Notes: generated from the sequence alone by a model not told the origin. Shown: positions 1 to 9,237, numbered from the stretch's first letter. The stretch is 64,000 nucleotides of DNA from a virus (IMGVR_UViG_3300028832_000097:32001-96000), one strand, 5' to 3'. Program-made: numbers and translations.

Positions 1-582
1 TACAGAAATAACATCTAATGCATGTAAATCGTTGGAACAATAAGATCTGTTAGCATTTTCCCATATCCAGAATCCATCTACTAAAGGGTAATCAAATGCA
101 TATCCAGGAAGATTAATTACTGCATCAAGTTTATCTGCAGTTAAATTGCTAGGTATGATAAATCCCGGTAATGATTTAAATTTAGCTAATCCTAACCATT
201 GTGTAACTGCAGTAGCGTTAGGATATTCACGTGCGGTAGATACCAAGTTGCCTGCAAAGAATTCAAATCCTGAAGAATCATGTAAAAATTTATCTAACAG
301 CCTATCTGCAATAGTATGACCTACTAATGCCGTATCGTTTATCATATCATGTGTAAATAATATTCCTTGAACCCACGTGGTACCTTCAGACGGCACTGTT
401 CTAGATACTACATTATCTTCAATGAATTTTGTAAGGAGTTTATCATCTCCTGTTTCAGCTTGCACATATCCTTGTGCAACTTGATCAATCATGCCCCGAT
501 CGTTGTATCGAATAGTTAAAGGAACACCTACGGGAACTACTGTTGCATAACATCCTGCTTTAAGAAAGTTTCTTACTAACAT
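1..582 (-). CDS. NAD-dependent DNA ligase-like protein, degenerate adenylation domain (runs off the window edge)
   Basis: Manually translated open frame from ATG 582 (GGAGG RBS at 591-595) to position 1: MLVRNFLKAG...VPVGVPLTIRYNDRG...TWVQGILF...FEFFAG...YPLVDGFWIW. Resembles LigA motifs I, III, IIIa and IV, but the KxDG lysine is absent. Confidence 0.45.
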   Translation of the reverse strand, partial: MLVRNFLKAGCYATVVPVGVPLTIRYNDRGMIDQVAQGYVQAETGDDKLLTKFIEDNVVSRTVPSEGTTWVQGILFTHDMINDTALVGHTIADRLLDKFLHDSSGFEFFAGNLVSTAREYPNATAVTQWLGLAKFKSLPGFIIPSNLTADKLDAVINLPGYAFDYPLVDGFWIWENANRSYCSNDLHALDVISV

Positions 583-607
583 ATGTTAGACCTCCATGAA
601 TAAATTT

Positions 608-2521
608 TTAATATTTTCTAATTCCAGGGAACATGTTAAATCCTCCGGAATTTGAATATCGTGGACCGTTTACACTTGCAATCGCACTAGCAAGTGTTTT
701 AGGTGCGACAGGCACTCCAGGGTTAGTGAGGATAGCGTTCCATACAGCCCCAGCAAAGGAGTCCGAAGCGTCTTTGCTGAATCCGGGCAAATGGTCGCAT
801 CGGCCTGTTGTACTATCACGTTGCAGTCGAATGAGCTCATCTTCAAGTAATTGGACATGTAGCATAGTTATTCTCTGTTCAACAAGAATTGTCCTCAAGG
901 TCATGTATCCTTCAGGAGTACGATCAAGTGAAAGTTTCTTAACATTGAATCCTTGTTCCTCAAGTATCTGACCCATGTATTCACTTTGGAACTGGTCTCG
1001 ACTTACACCCTGAATGTTGAATCCTGCTTTACGCAACCAGCATATAAACGCAGTAATTTTGCTGTATGCGATGTTTGCTCCTCGAGGCGCTTGTATAGAT
1101 ACCGTGAATATATGTTCAAACACCGGCATAGAGATGGTTTTACCATCAACATCTATATCTTTCCTTCCTGAAATTGCGACACCTGAGATACCGGTTTTAT
1201 CCGTGTTTAACGACAAGTCGAGATGTATAAACATAGGTAACCGCCTTAGGTGTTCGGGAATAACATCCATGTGGAAGAATTCTTCAATAGTTAATGCATC
1301 TTTAGTACCTACAGAGATTATATCTGTAAAGAATGGGTTCTTGCGTGATTGTGTAATACAGTGATTCAATACTTCTTGTGTGATGAATGATAATGTACCA
1401 GGAATACTTACTCCCGCAATATCTCGAAGTGCAATATCAAAATCGGCTAAGAATCTTGTTTTATTGTCTTCAGGAACATCCATTAATTTGTATCCTTGTG
1501 CTGCAAGATCTGCGTAACTCTCTTCGTTCATTTGATCATCAGGAATAACAAAACTTCTAAGATTTCTGCCACCAAGTGCAATTTTAAACATCTTATCCGA
1601 AGAATATTTAGATTTAGGCCAAACTTCCCATTGAGGTTTATCAAATATATACATATGCGGATTGTTTGCTTTCTTCTGAGCAGCAATGTAATCTTCCATG
1701 AAGTCTGAATCACTGTTTTTAGAACTAATTATGTATAATCGTCCATATACCTCACCGTGTCGTACGAATGTACCTGTAACACGGGCAACCAGTGTATCAT
1801 ACTTAGCTTTCATTCTTATTTTGGCCTTGTTGATGTCTTTTATTCCGGCGGCTGCGAAATTACACTCGTCGAAAATTACTATTGCTGTGGCAAGACCAAG
1901 CGCCTGTGATGAATCTGACCCATATCGTAGTTCAATCTTGCCATCCGGAATATATGTAGGGGTAGCTTCACTCTTATTCATATGTCCATGTTCCATGAAC
2001 CAAGGTGATTCAGAAATAGTTGTCATCATTTCTTTGAATGCAACACCTTTTGCAAGTGCCATTGTAAGATTAAAAAAGAACACTAAGATAGTTGTGGTAG
2101 GTTTCAACCCAAAATAACTTTGAGGATCTCGCATACACATTATTCTGTATAGTTGGTAACATGCGTCTGAAACTGCTGTAGATGTTTTACCTGTACGAGT
2201 TGCACCTGTAAATACTATTTCATTATATTGATTTCCTGTGCGCTCAAGTTCAAGCATTACTTCCATCCATGTAGGATATATAGAAGCTCCATTGTTATTT
2301 GTGCTTCCTAAGTAGTAGGGGTGAGTTAAAAATGTTTTCTTGTCTACTGGAATTTCTTTGTAATCTGCAAGCCATACTTGCTCGTAAGTGGTAGAATATC
2401 CATAAGTAGCTAGCTCCTGGAGTATTGTACGGAGTATTTTCTGCTCTTCATGAGAACAACTGTTATATACTGCTTTTATTTTTGCAGGTAAATCAGCTGG
2501 TTGCGTCGTCATCCATATCAC
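608..2521 (-). CDS. terL: Terminase large subunit
   Basis: Walker A GATRTGKT, Walker B IIFDE, RNase H-type HLDLS and C-terminal SKDASD. Probable start ATG 2512. Confidence 0.9.
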   Translation of the reverse strand: MIWMTTQPADLPAKIKAVYNSCSHEEQKILRTILQELATYGYSTTYEQVWLADYKEIPVDKKTFLTHPYYLGSTNNNGASIYPTWMEVMLELERTGNQYNEIVFTGATRTGKTSTAVSDACYQLYRIMCMRDPQSYFGLKPTTTILVFFFNLTMALAKGVAFKEMMTTISESPWFMEHGHMNKSEATPTYIPDGKIELRYGSDSSQALGLATAIVIFDECNFAAAGIKDINKAKIRMKAKYDTLVARVTGTFVRHGEVYGRLYIISSKNSDSDFMEDYIAAQKKANNPHMYIFDKPQWEVWPKSKYSSDKMFKIALGGRNLRSFVIPDDQMNEESYADLAAQGYKLMDVPEDNKTRFLADFDIALRDIAGVSIPGTLSFITQEVLNHCITQSRKNPFFTDIISVGTKDALTIEEFFHMDVIPEHLRRLPMFIHLDLSLNTDKTGISGVAISGRKDIDVDGKTISMPVFEHIFTVSIQAPRGANIAYSKITAFICWLRKAGFNIQGVSRDQFQSEYMGQILEEQGFNVKKLSLDRTPEGYMTLRTILVEQRITMLHVQLLEDELIRLQRDSTTGRCDHLPGFSKDASDSFAGAVWNAILTNPGVPVAPKTLASAIASVNGPRYSNSGGFNMFPGIRKY

Positions 2522-3008
2522 CTAATTCTGCTAAAATATTCTGTGCAGCTAATCTTACATTATCTCTGCTATCTTTATCTAGGATAGCGGTCATAGGATT
2601 AGCATCTGACCCTGCATCTTTCATCTGAAGCGTTTGAATGGTATCAGCTACTTGCATGTAAGGCTCGAGTAACTTCTGACTCTCAATCATGTTTTTCTGT
2701 AATTGAGTTTGGATATTCAGGAGTGTCAAGAAAGTTGACATATCTTCGTCACGCATCTTGTCCATACGAGCTTCAATGGACGCATACAACTTAGCTTCAA
2801 GTTTATCCATCAAATCAAGGTAGCGAATTATTCTTGCTACTTGATGGTATATCCTAAGTACTGTGATATTCTGTAATGCAATAGGAGCGGAATTTGGATC
2901 CACTGAACATGATAAAAGCGCCGTCCGCATCTGTGCCACGTCGCTTTTCTGTTTTTGCAATAACGGATCTAGCAACTGGCCGTCATCAACAGTTTTAATG
3001 TCGTCCAC
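2493..3008 (-). CDS. Helical protein overlapping terL, candidate terminase small subunit
   Basis: 171 aa, GTG start with GAGG RBS, immediately upstream of terL. Assignment from position only. Confidence 0.4.
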   Translation of the reverse strand: MDDIKTVDDGQLLDPLLQKQKSDVAQMRTALLSCSVDPNSAPIALQNITVLRIYHQVARIIRYLDLMDKLEAKLYASIEARMDKMRDEDMSTFLTLLNIQTQLQKNMIESQKLLEPYMQVADTIQTLQMKDAGSDANPMTAILDKDSRDNVRLAAQNILAELGDMDDDATS

Positions 3009-3058
3009 AACTTCACCTCAATGTATGTAATTGTAATGATATATTTATATACGTAAAT

Positions 3059-3064
3059 AAGGTT
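3059..3064 (-). promoter_or_regulatory. AACCTT-class (putative late) promoter motif
   Basis: Coding-strand CAACCTTATTTA about 50 bp upstream of the terminase operon; one of about 16 similar sites. Confidence 0.55.
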
Positions 3065-3074
3065 GTAATATCGC

Positions 3075-3563
3075 TTAGTTGCGTTTCATGGTTGCTTTCA
3101 ATTCATCGGGCAAACTTTTATTATGTAGTAGCTCACGCCTGACAACTTTTTCTGGATAATTTGATAATGCTGCTAATACATCAACAGGTGTGCGAACATT
3201 ACCTGCAATAACAGCTAATATGTAGTTCTTTCGAGAAGGATTAGGAAATTCAATGTATAAATCATAAAGCTTCCTTAATGTTTCAGGATATCTCGAATAA
3301 CGTGCTAACGTGCTGTGTATCAGTTTATAATCTAAATCACACAGTATTTGTTCAAATTCAGGCGGAAGATTTTTATTACACCCCAACCAATCTAAAACAT
3401 ATACATGATCTGGATTTTCATCATATTCCTTTAGTATCTTTCGAAGTGTCCTAACATCTGAAGACGTTTTAGCAATGCCTTGTAGCTCCTGCCATGAAAG
3501 GTCATTAAGAGAGGCTACTGCACAAGTTATGCTGTGCTTAGGATATTTAGTAAATGATTTCAT
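3075..3563 (-). CDS. LRV/HEAT-like repeat protein with class B leader
   Basis: IAGNVRTPVDVLAALS and VRRELLHNKSLP repeats; N-terminus MKSFTKYPKHSITCA. Confidence 0.7.
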   Translation of the reverse strand: MKSFTKYPKHSITCAVASLNDLSWQELQGIAKTSSDVRTLRKILKEYDENPDHVYVLDWLGCNKNLPPEFEQILCDLDYKLIHSTLARYSRYPETLRKLYDLYIEFPNPSRKNYILAVIAGNVRTPVDVLAALSNYPEKVVRRELLHNKSLPDELKATMKRN

Positions 3564-3580
3564 ATTCTACCTCAGCGAAA

Positions 3581-4534
3581 TTAATATTGGAGATACCCCT
3601 TTATTCGTAAAAGAGTATCACGAGCATTGGATGCAACAATTGTACTGCCATCCTTCTTTAGGCGCTCTAATGTATCTTCAGAAGCATTCATGTTTTCCGC
3701 TACACAGTTTCGCACAATAGTAGAAGGGTGCTTACTTAACTTATCTAGTAACTCCTGGGAGATATCAGAACGCCCTGCAACTGCAGCACACACCTCAGAA
3801 ACCTCATCATCTGCTAATTTTTCAATTATATCAACTAGGGTATTAGGATTTAATGCTACGTGCATTCTAACAGTTGCTGAATCATCATCCGAGTATTCTT
3901 CAATTATATCTTCAGGTAAATTAGGATTATGTAACAAATCAACTTTAAGCCAATCTTGCGGTAATTTAGATAACCTACGGATAAGTCGAATGTCTGCAGA
4001 TGTACTTGCCATATCGGAAATATCCTTGTCTGACAGATCCTCTAAAGGCTGTATGCTACATGTTACGACAGATTCTGCAATATAATCAGGATCTATTTGC
4101 AACTTTATGTATTCAGGAGTATTACTATTATCTAATAATGCATCACGTACCATTTGAGTATCATCATCCACCATGGATTCTAAGATTTCTGCGGATGTGT
4201 TTTCTGAGCTTGCAACCAGATACCTAACAAATTTACTTGCATCATGTGCAAGTCGCATCAATGTCTTTTCTGAAGTAGAAGGATTGTCCGCAATATCGCA
4301 TCGTATTGCCATAGGTGCATTCACTACTATTGTATCTAGAATATCTGAAGGGGTATTCTGATTACACGCAAGTCCAGAAAGAACATAATCATCAACATCA
4401 TTAGCAAGTTTCCGCAATAACCGAGTATCATGTGAAAATCTAGCAAGATCGTATCGTGTGTCTACATCTAATTCGGATAATGACTGCACTGCGCATCGTA
4501 TGTAAGTTTTTGGATAGGTAGTAAATTTATTCAT
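3581..4534 (-). CDS. LRV/HEAT-like repeat protein (two modules) with class B leader
   Basis: About 24-aa VRxxVAxNPNTxxxxLxxLAxD repeats; N-terminus MNKFTTYPKTYIRCA. Confidence 0.8.
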   Translation of the reverse strand: MNKFTTYPKTYIRCAVQSLSELDVDTRYDLARFSHDTRLLRKLANDVDDYVLSGLACNQNTPSDILDTIVVNAPMAIRCDIADNPSTSEKTLMRLAHDASKFVRYLVASSENTSAEILESMVDDDTQMVRDALLDNSNTPEYIKLQIDPDYIAESVVTCSIQPLEDLSDKDISDMASTSADIRLIRRLSKLPQDWLKVDLLHNPNLPEDIIEEYSDDDSATVRMHVALNPNTLVDIIEKLADDEVSEVCAAVAGRSDISQELLDKLSKHPSTIVRNCVAENMNASEDTLERLKKDGSTIVASNARDTLLRIKGYLQY

Positions 4535-4535
4535 G

Positions 4536-4970
4536 TTATCCCTCTAACATTCCGATATTCAATAATGTTGTATATGCACTGTAGCGTACCACTTCATCAA
4601 AATCTTGTCTCAAATTACGCAAAGTATCTGCAGGTGTGTTATGATTGCTTGCAACTGCGCGTCGCACACTCACATAAGGATTTTTTGATAGTTGTGTCAA
4701 CGTATCTGCAGATGTATTTGGATTAGAAGCTACACAACCTGCAACTGCAGATATGTCCTTCGAAAGTTTGTCAAGCAATGCTGCAGGTGTGTTTGGATTA
4801 TCAGCCACCGCAGCACGGACAGACCAACTCTTAGAATTAGCTAATCTCCGTAATGATCTTACATCATCTGTGGTAATTGCAATATCTTGTTGTATATCGA
4901 GATCTTCATCTTCGACAGGCTGCACAGATGCATTTATAGTATATTTAGGACATATTGTATAATGTTTCAT
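4536..4970 (-). CDS. LRV/HEAT-like repeat protein with class B leader
   Basis: VRAAVADNPNTPAALLDKLSKD repeats; N-terminus MKHYTICPKYTINAS. Confidence 0.8.
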   Translation of the reverse strand: MKHYTICPKYTINASVQPVEDEDLDIQQDIAITTDDVRSLRRLANSKSWSVRAAVADNPNTPAALLDKLSKDISAVAGCVASNPNTSADTLTQLSKNPYVSVRRAVASNHNTPADTLRNLRQDFDEVVRYSAYTTLLNIGMLEG

Positions 4971-4987
4971 GTTATGTAACCTTTCAA

Positions 4988-6271
4988 TTACTTTTCTACG
5001 ATAGGAACGTATCCGTCATTGCAGCTAACAAGTGTAGGACACTCAGATTTATTTACTACAAGTTCTTTGATACCTGCGAAATCATAATCAGCATCTTCTG
5101 CGTCCCAAACAACTGTAAGCTTACTGCAGTTATCAAATACACCAATTGAAAGCATATCCTCATCACGGAGTGTTACAGATTGATCTAATTCGATATCTTT
5201 TGCAAAGGAATATGCACCGAATACAACACCTTCAGTATTGAATATTGCAGTCTTTAATTTAGTACAACGATAGAATGCTCTTTCACCAATATGTGTTACA
5301 CCGGATAAATCAATGTTAGTTAATGCAGAATCTTCAAACGCATTGCGACCAATTTTAGTTACATTATTAAATGTTACTTTAGTTACATTTGATCCCTGGA
5401 AGAAACTACCTTCAATACTTGTAATACTATTAGGAAGTACAACCTCTGTAACAGATCTAGGCAGTGCAATATCAGGAATCTCGGTTACACCTTCATCAAA
5501 CTTAACATATGTAGCAGAAGAGTCAATTCTTACAATACTGTTTGCACAGTAAGTTACACCATCCTTGACATAAACCTTGAAGTATTCCCCGATAACAGGA
5601 TGTTGTGCACAGAAATCATAGAAAGCAGGCATACCTTGAGAACGATCATCAATATCATACCAGGAATCTGTTTGAAGATGTAATTGATACTTCTCGCTAG
5701 GGTCAGATTTATTCAGGAAAATAAACAAAGGTCCTTGAGATGTGTATCGCTTCCAATAGTGATCATTACCTTCGTAGGCAGTGCACCAAGAAGCTTTTTT
5801 ACCACCATCCCTAGCAAGCGAAATTGATCCTGCGTAGGTGAGTGGTTGCCAAACTTCCCAATTATCTTCTGACACAAGGAATTTTTTATCGTCGTCCGAA
5901 GCATGATGTGCTTGTTTCTTGAGCAGTTTCGCTTTCTCTTTTTCTGTTAATTCTCTGTTACCTACAGCATGTGTTGCTGCTAGAAAATCTTCAAAAGTTT
6001 TATAAGCCCCAATATCTGGGTTAGGATATCTCTTGTACTGCTTAGAGAACAGGTCTAATGCGTCTTTCAGATTATCATAATCAGATTCTGTAATATTTCC
6101 TGCATTGTATTGTTTCAAGATCCAAGGGCAATACTTGCCCCCTTTACCCGAAGAATAATTAGAGGTAGGATCTAATTCAATTAATTCCGTAAATACATCC
6201 TCTGGAATTTCTTTTGCAAATTGTGTTTTAAGATTCTCTACGGATACCGCAGATCTAATGTATCGTTTCAT
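4988..6271 (-). CDS. WCTA-motif domain plus BspA-type leucine-rich repeats, class A leader
   Basis: SWCTA...GPLFIF..EKYQLH domain; C-terminal VTKIGRNAF/VTHIGERAFYRC LRR_5-like repeats; starts MKRYIRSA. Confidence 0.7.
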   Translation of the reverse strand: MKRYIRSAVSVENLKTQFAKEIPEDVFTELIELDPTSNYSSGKGGKYCPWILKQYNAGNITESDYDNLKDALDLFSKQYKRYPNPDIGAYKTFEDFLAATHAVGNRELTEKEKAKLLKKQAHHASDDDKKFLVSEDNWEVWQPLTYAGSISLARDGGKKASWCTAYEGNDHYWKRYTSQGPLFIFLNKSDPSEKYQLHLQTDSWYDIDDRSQGMPAFYDFCAQHPVIGEYFKVYVKDGVTYCANSIVRIDSSATYVKFDEGVTEIPDIALPRSVTEVVLPNSITSIEGSFFQGSNVTKVTFNNVTKIGRNAFEDSALTNIDLSGVTHIGERAFYRCTKLKTAIFNTEGVVFGAYSFAKDIELDQSVTLRDEDMLSIGVFDNCSKLTVVWDAEDADYDFAGIKELVVNKSECPTLVSCNDGYVPIVEK

Positions 6272-6298
6272 ATGATGTACCTCTGAAGAGTCAGTGTA

Positions 6299-6679
6299 TT
6301 AATAGCCCCAATCGTCATCCCATTCTTCATCTTCAGAATAGGCATCGTCTAGTTCGTCATCTTCAATAGATTCTAACTGAGACATATCAAATTTTTCAAT
6401 CTTTTCATATGCCTTATCATCAATCCAACCCATAAATCGCTCAGGGTTGATCCAGCCAATATTCTTATCATCGTAGTAAATTACGCAATTTCCAGATTTA
6501 TCTGCTTCACCAAACTGAACATGAGGATCATTTACAATGTTCATGAATACTTGTAGCATCGGCTCGCCTTTGTGCTCTTTGAGAGAATTCTTTATGATCT
6601 GCTTAGGTGTAAATACTAAACTAGCAAGTTGTGTAGCTTTGTTTGTAAACTTATTTGCACATCTGATATACTTCTTCAT
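6299..6679 (-). CDS. Hypothetical protein with class A leader and acidic tail
   Basis: Start refined to ATG 6679 (AGGAGG RBS); MKKYIRCA. Confidence 0.7.
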   Translation of the reverse strand: MKKYIRCANKFTNKATQLASLVFTPKQIIKNSLKEHKGEPMLQVFMNIVNDPHVQFGEADKSGNCVIYYDDKNIGWINPERFMGWIDDKAYEKIEKFDMSQLESIEDDELDDAYSEDEEWDDDWGY

Positions 6680-6729
6680 AATATCCTCCTTATAGGAATA
6701 CATAGTTTTAAATAATGATAACAATATGA

Positions 6730-6735
6730 AAGGTT
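6730..6735 (-). promoter_or_regulatory. AACCTT-class promoter motif
   Basis: TAACCTTTCATA about 50 bp upstream of the 6679-3075 leader-gene operon. Confidence 0.55.
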
Positions 6736-6852
6736 ATACACAGTTGAATGCATAACCTTAATATATCAAACGACATTGTAGGAGAATCCGCAATGTATTG
6801 TGACTGCTCTAGAAACCTGCAATGAATTTCCATTCATAGTAATAACAATTAG

Positions 6853-7467
6853 TTATTTGATGTCTTGAGGTTTAGCTTCTTCCTTTGTCCAAGGGAGGGC
6901 TTTCATTATCGGTTGTAGATCATGCATTACTCCGTTTCCATTGAAAGGATCTTGAGTATAGCACTTAAACATTTCACCATACACTTCACGTTCTTCTTTA
7001 GTATAATAACCCTTTTCCATACACTGATGATAGTTTTCTAGTAATCTTTCTCGAAGTATACCTGTTAATGATTGGATTATTGCTTTTTGAACAACTGCGT
7101 TTTCTTTGTCCTGTTTGTCGCGAAGCTCTCTATATTTTTTAGTTTCATCATTTGCTTGTTGTAACAGCAATATATCAGATTTAATATCCTGTGTGCCTGA
7201 TGATATAGAGTCTACTTTCTCAGAAAGTAGTGCAAAATGTTCTGTAAGTGTATCTACCTTTTTCTCTAATCCACTTTCTTTGCTGAGTTTATCTCGTTTA
7301 GCTTGATCTTTAGCCTGCTGCCATTGCCAGAACCCTGTACCTCCAAATATAGCACCGATTGTTATTATCACCTGTATCATAACAGGGATATAATCGGCGA
7401 TATCAGCAGAAAGTAATATAAGATACTGCATTTGTTTATACTTCCTTACACATGTGTTATTGTTCAA
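6853..7467 (-). CDS. Membrane protein (TM helix plus coiled coil), holin-associated type
   Basis: Hydrophobic IQVIITIGAIFGG segment; RERLLENY..KGY...GNG motif resembles proteins in Firmicute phage lysis modules. Start may be 7431. Confidence 0.45.
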   Translation of the reverse strand: MNNNTCVRKYKQMQYLILLSADIADYIPVMIQVIITIGAIFGGTGFWQWQQAKDQAKRDKLSKESGLEKKVDTLTEHFALLSEKVDSISSGTQDIKSDILLLQQANDETKKYRELRDKQDKENAVVQKAIIQSLTGILRERLLENYHQCMEKGYYTKEEREVYGEMFKCYTQDPFNGNGVMHDLQPIMKALPWTKEEAKPQDIK

Positions 7468-7560
7468 CTATATGTAAGGTTGTATACTTGGATCTTGTAA
7501 GCTCAATTTAGAAGAAAATAAAAACATACTCGTGCTTACAAAATATTCTCTTTAAGTATT

Positions 7561-8007
7561 TCATTCCGCACCACCATTCATCTTTGCTCCGCAATTAGGG
7601 CAGAAATTGTAATATGGTTTTTGACTATATCCACCAAAAACAATATGTCCGCACCCTGAGCAATGCCAATTACCTATATTAGGGTTTGCGTCATATTGTG
7701 CATATTTCCACTCACCTTGTGGTCTTTCTTCATATCTCCAACCCTGTAACATATCAGGTACTACTTGTCCGCTTGACATAAACATTCTATAAGGTTGCCC
7801 GTCTGAACCATATTCTATTCGTGGTTCAACTGTTGGGGCATTGTCGATAGCGTGTAATATGTCCCTTACATGCACATAAGGTTCAAACATTTCGGGGTGT
7901 TCTAAACTCCTGAAAGGTTCTAATTCACCATTAGGCAAACAAGCAAATTTATCCCAAGTTTCAATCGCCTTTCTCAAAGCCTCACGGCTGATTAAATCGT
8001 TACTCAT
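7561..8007 (-). CDS. Firmicute-phage hypothetical with C-terminal Zn ribbon
   Basis: DLISREAL...NAPTVE...CSGCG...FCPNCGAKM. Confidence 0.7.
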   Translation of the reverse strand: MSNDLISREALRKAIETWDKFACLPNGELEPFRSLEHPEMFEPYVHVRDILHAIDNAPTVEPRIEYGSDGQPYRMFMSSGQVVPDMLQGWRYEERPQGEWKYAQYDANPNIGNWHCSGCGHIVFGGYSQKPYYNFCPNCGAKMNGGAE

Positions 8008-8167
8008 TCTCTACCCCCTTCTCTTTGCTTTTATCATATTCAAAAATACAAGGATTGCGGGATAATTCTTTTTCGCAGGCATAAATCTTCACACCATCAA
8101 ATCCGTAAAAATCATATGCTTTGTAATTTTTACAGTAGCGACATTGATTGAGTGTTTTCTTGTTCAT
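8000..8167 (-). CDS. Small Cys-rich hypothetical protein (55 aa)
   Basis: Manual translation MNKKTLNQCRYCKNY...; overlaps both neighbours. Confidence 0.55.
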   Translation of the reverse strand: MNKKTLNQCRYCKNYKAYDFYGFDGVKIYACEKELSRNPCIFEYDKSKEKGVENE

Positions 8168-8373
8168 TCCACCCCGCCTTCCTCAAACGCAACCTCATCA
8201 ATGACTTCATTAACAATATAGATAACTTCTTCCATACTGTAATCTGTCCTACCCTGACTTGCTCTGTACTTGAACTCGTCTGCTATTGCTTTCTTAATTT
8301 TATCAGTCATACTTATTTCCGTCTTAAAATTTGGCTTTACCCCAAAGGTACTAAGAATCCGCCTTTCAAACAT
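8164..8373 (-). CDS. Hypothetical protein
   Basis: GAGG RBS; coupled to the downstream gene. Confidence 0.55.
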   Translation of the reverse strand: MFERRILSTFGVKPNFKTEISMTDKIKKAIADEFKYRASQGRTDYSMEEVIYIVNEVIDEVAFEEGGVE

Positions 8374-8374
8374 A

Positions 8375-8500
8375 TCAATTTACCTCGTCTTTACCATATT
8401 TTTTAATTAATCTATCCAGAATCTTATCTATCTTTAAATGTCTGCTGGACTTTTCCAATCAGTTACTTCCCATGTAACTCCATTTTTCTTCACCGGTCAT
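8375..8500 (-). pseudogene. Small ORF interrupted by an in-frame TGA
   Basis: MTGEEKWSYMGSN*LEKSSRHLKIDKILDRLIKKYGKDEVN*; TGA at 8459-8461; spans exactly between two junction repeats. Confidence 0.5.
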
Positions 8501-8501
8501 A

Positions 8502-8696
8502 TCAATTTACCTCACTTCTTAATCGTGCTTTGCAGTTATCACAATACTTGTAACACTGAATAGACCTTCCATAAGGTACAAATAATTCATTACTGCACTT
8601 TGGACAACGATAAAGCGAACCTCCTATTGCCATCTTAGGATTGAGATGCGCTACTTCCCATACAGGAATATCCTTAACAAGTATGAAATCTGTCAT
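8502..8696 (-). CDS. Zn-ribbon hypothetical protein
   Basis: CPKC...YCDNC. Confidence 0.6.
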   Translation of the reverse strand: MTDFILVKDIPVWEVAHLNPKMAIGGSLYRCPKCSNELFVPYGRSIQCYKYCDNCKARLRSEVN

Positions 8697-8697
8697 A

Positions 8698-9168
8698 TCA
8701 ATTTACCTCCGCAGCAATTACATCATTCTCGATATAGTTTCGAATGTCTTCGGTAATCTCATCATAAATTTCAATATCTTTAACGAATGTTACTTCATAA
8801 GAAGTTAATTTATCAAACTTCTTGCCGTGTCTTGTTATCTTAAACATCTTAGAAGGTATGCTTGAATATCTATTGTACAGAGGCTCTAAGGTGAGTCCTA
8901 TGACAAATTTAGCCCTGTCCCAAATTTCCACACGTTGTGTTTCGTAGTTGTAAAGTGGGATAAATATTCTAGTTAAACTACGTGATCCAGCTTCGCAGTA
9001 TTTGCAGTTATCTATTGTGCAGTGTGCATAATGATATGGGCTATCTTCAGTAGGTTCGACACGATGAACTGCATATGTATAGTCAGACAAGTAAGCATCT
9101 ATTATAGGCACCAAGAATCTAACTCTTGCAGAAGCCTTATCGTCATCTAGATGAAAGAAGTGTAACAT
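8698..9168 (-). CDS. gp32-like single-stranded DNA-binding protein (short)
   Basis: VRFL...H...CxxxxCxxC...FIPLYN...IW...FKITRHG..TSYE pattern of phage Zn-binding SSBs; no long acidic tail. Confidence 0.6.
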   Translation of the reverse strand: MLHFFHLDDDKASARVRFLVPIIDAYLSDYTYAVHRVEPTEDSPYHYAHCTIDNCKYCEAGSRSLTRIFIPLYNYETQRVEIWDRAKFVIGLTLEPLYNRYSSIPSKMFKITRHGKKFDKLTSYEVTFVKDIEIYDEITEDIRNYIENDVIAAEVN

Positions 9169-9224
9169 GAATCTGTACCTCCGGGTAGTTTTGATAAGTG
9201 TTGTTTTATGGTTACATGTACTAT

Positions 9225-9230
9225 AACGAT
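9225..9230 (-). promoter_or_regulatory. ATCGTTA-class (putative early/middle) promoter motif
   Basis: GAATCGTTATA just downstream of a terminator, about 55 bp upstream of the SSB gene; one of 10 similar sites. Confidence 0.55.
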
Positions 9231-9237
9231 TCTAGGT

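Larger units (their letters stand above)
8371..8709. repeat. Three identical 16-bp gene-junction repeats
   Basis: catatcaatttacctc at 8371-8386, 8498-8513 and 8694-8709 (coding strand GAGGTAAATTGATATG = RBS + stop + start). Confidence 0.85.

Noticed and set aside
8371-8709. CRISPR array
   Set aside because: Repeats are only 16 bp with unequal 111 and 180 bp coding spacers; no cas genes.
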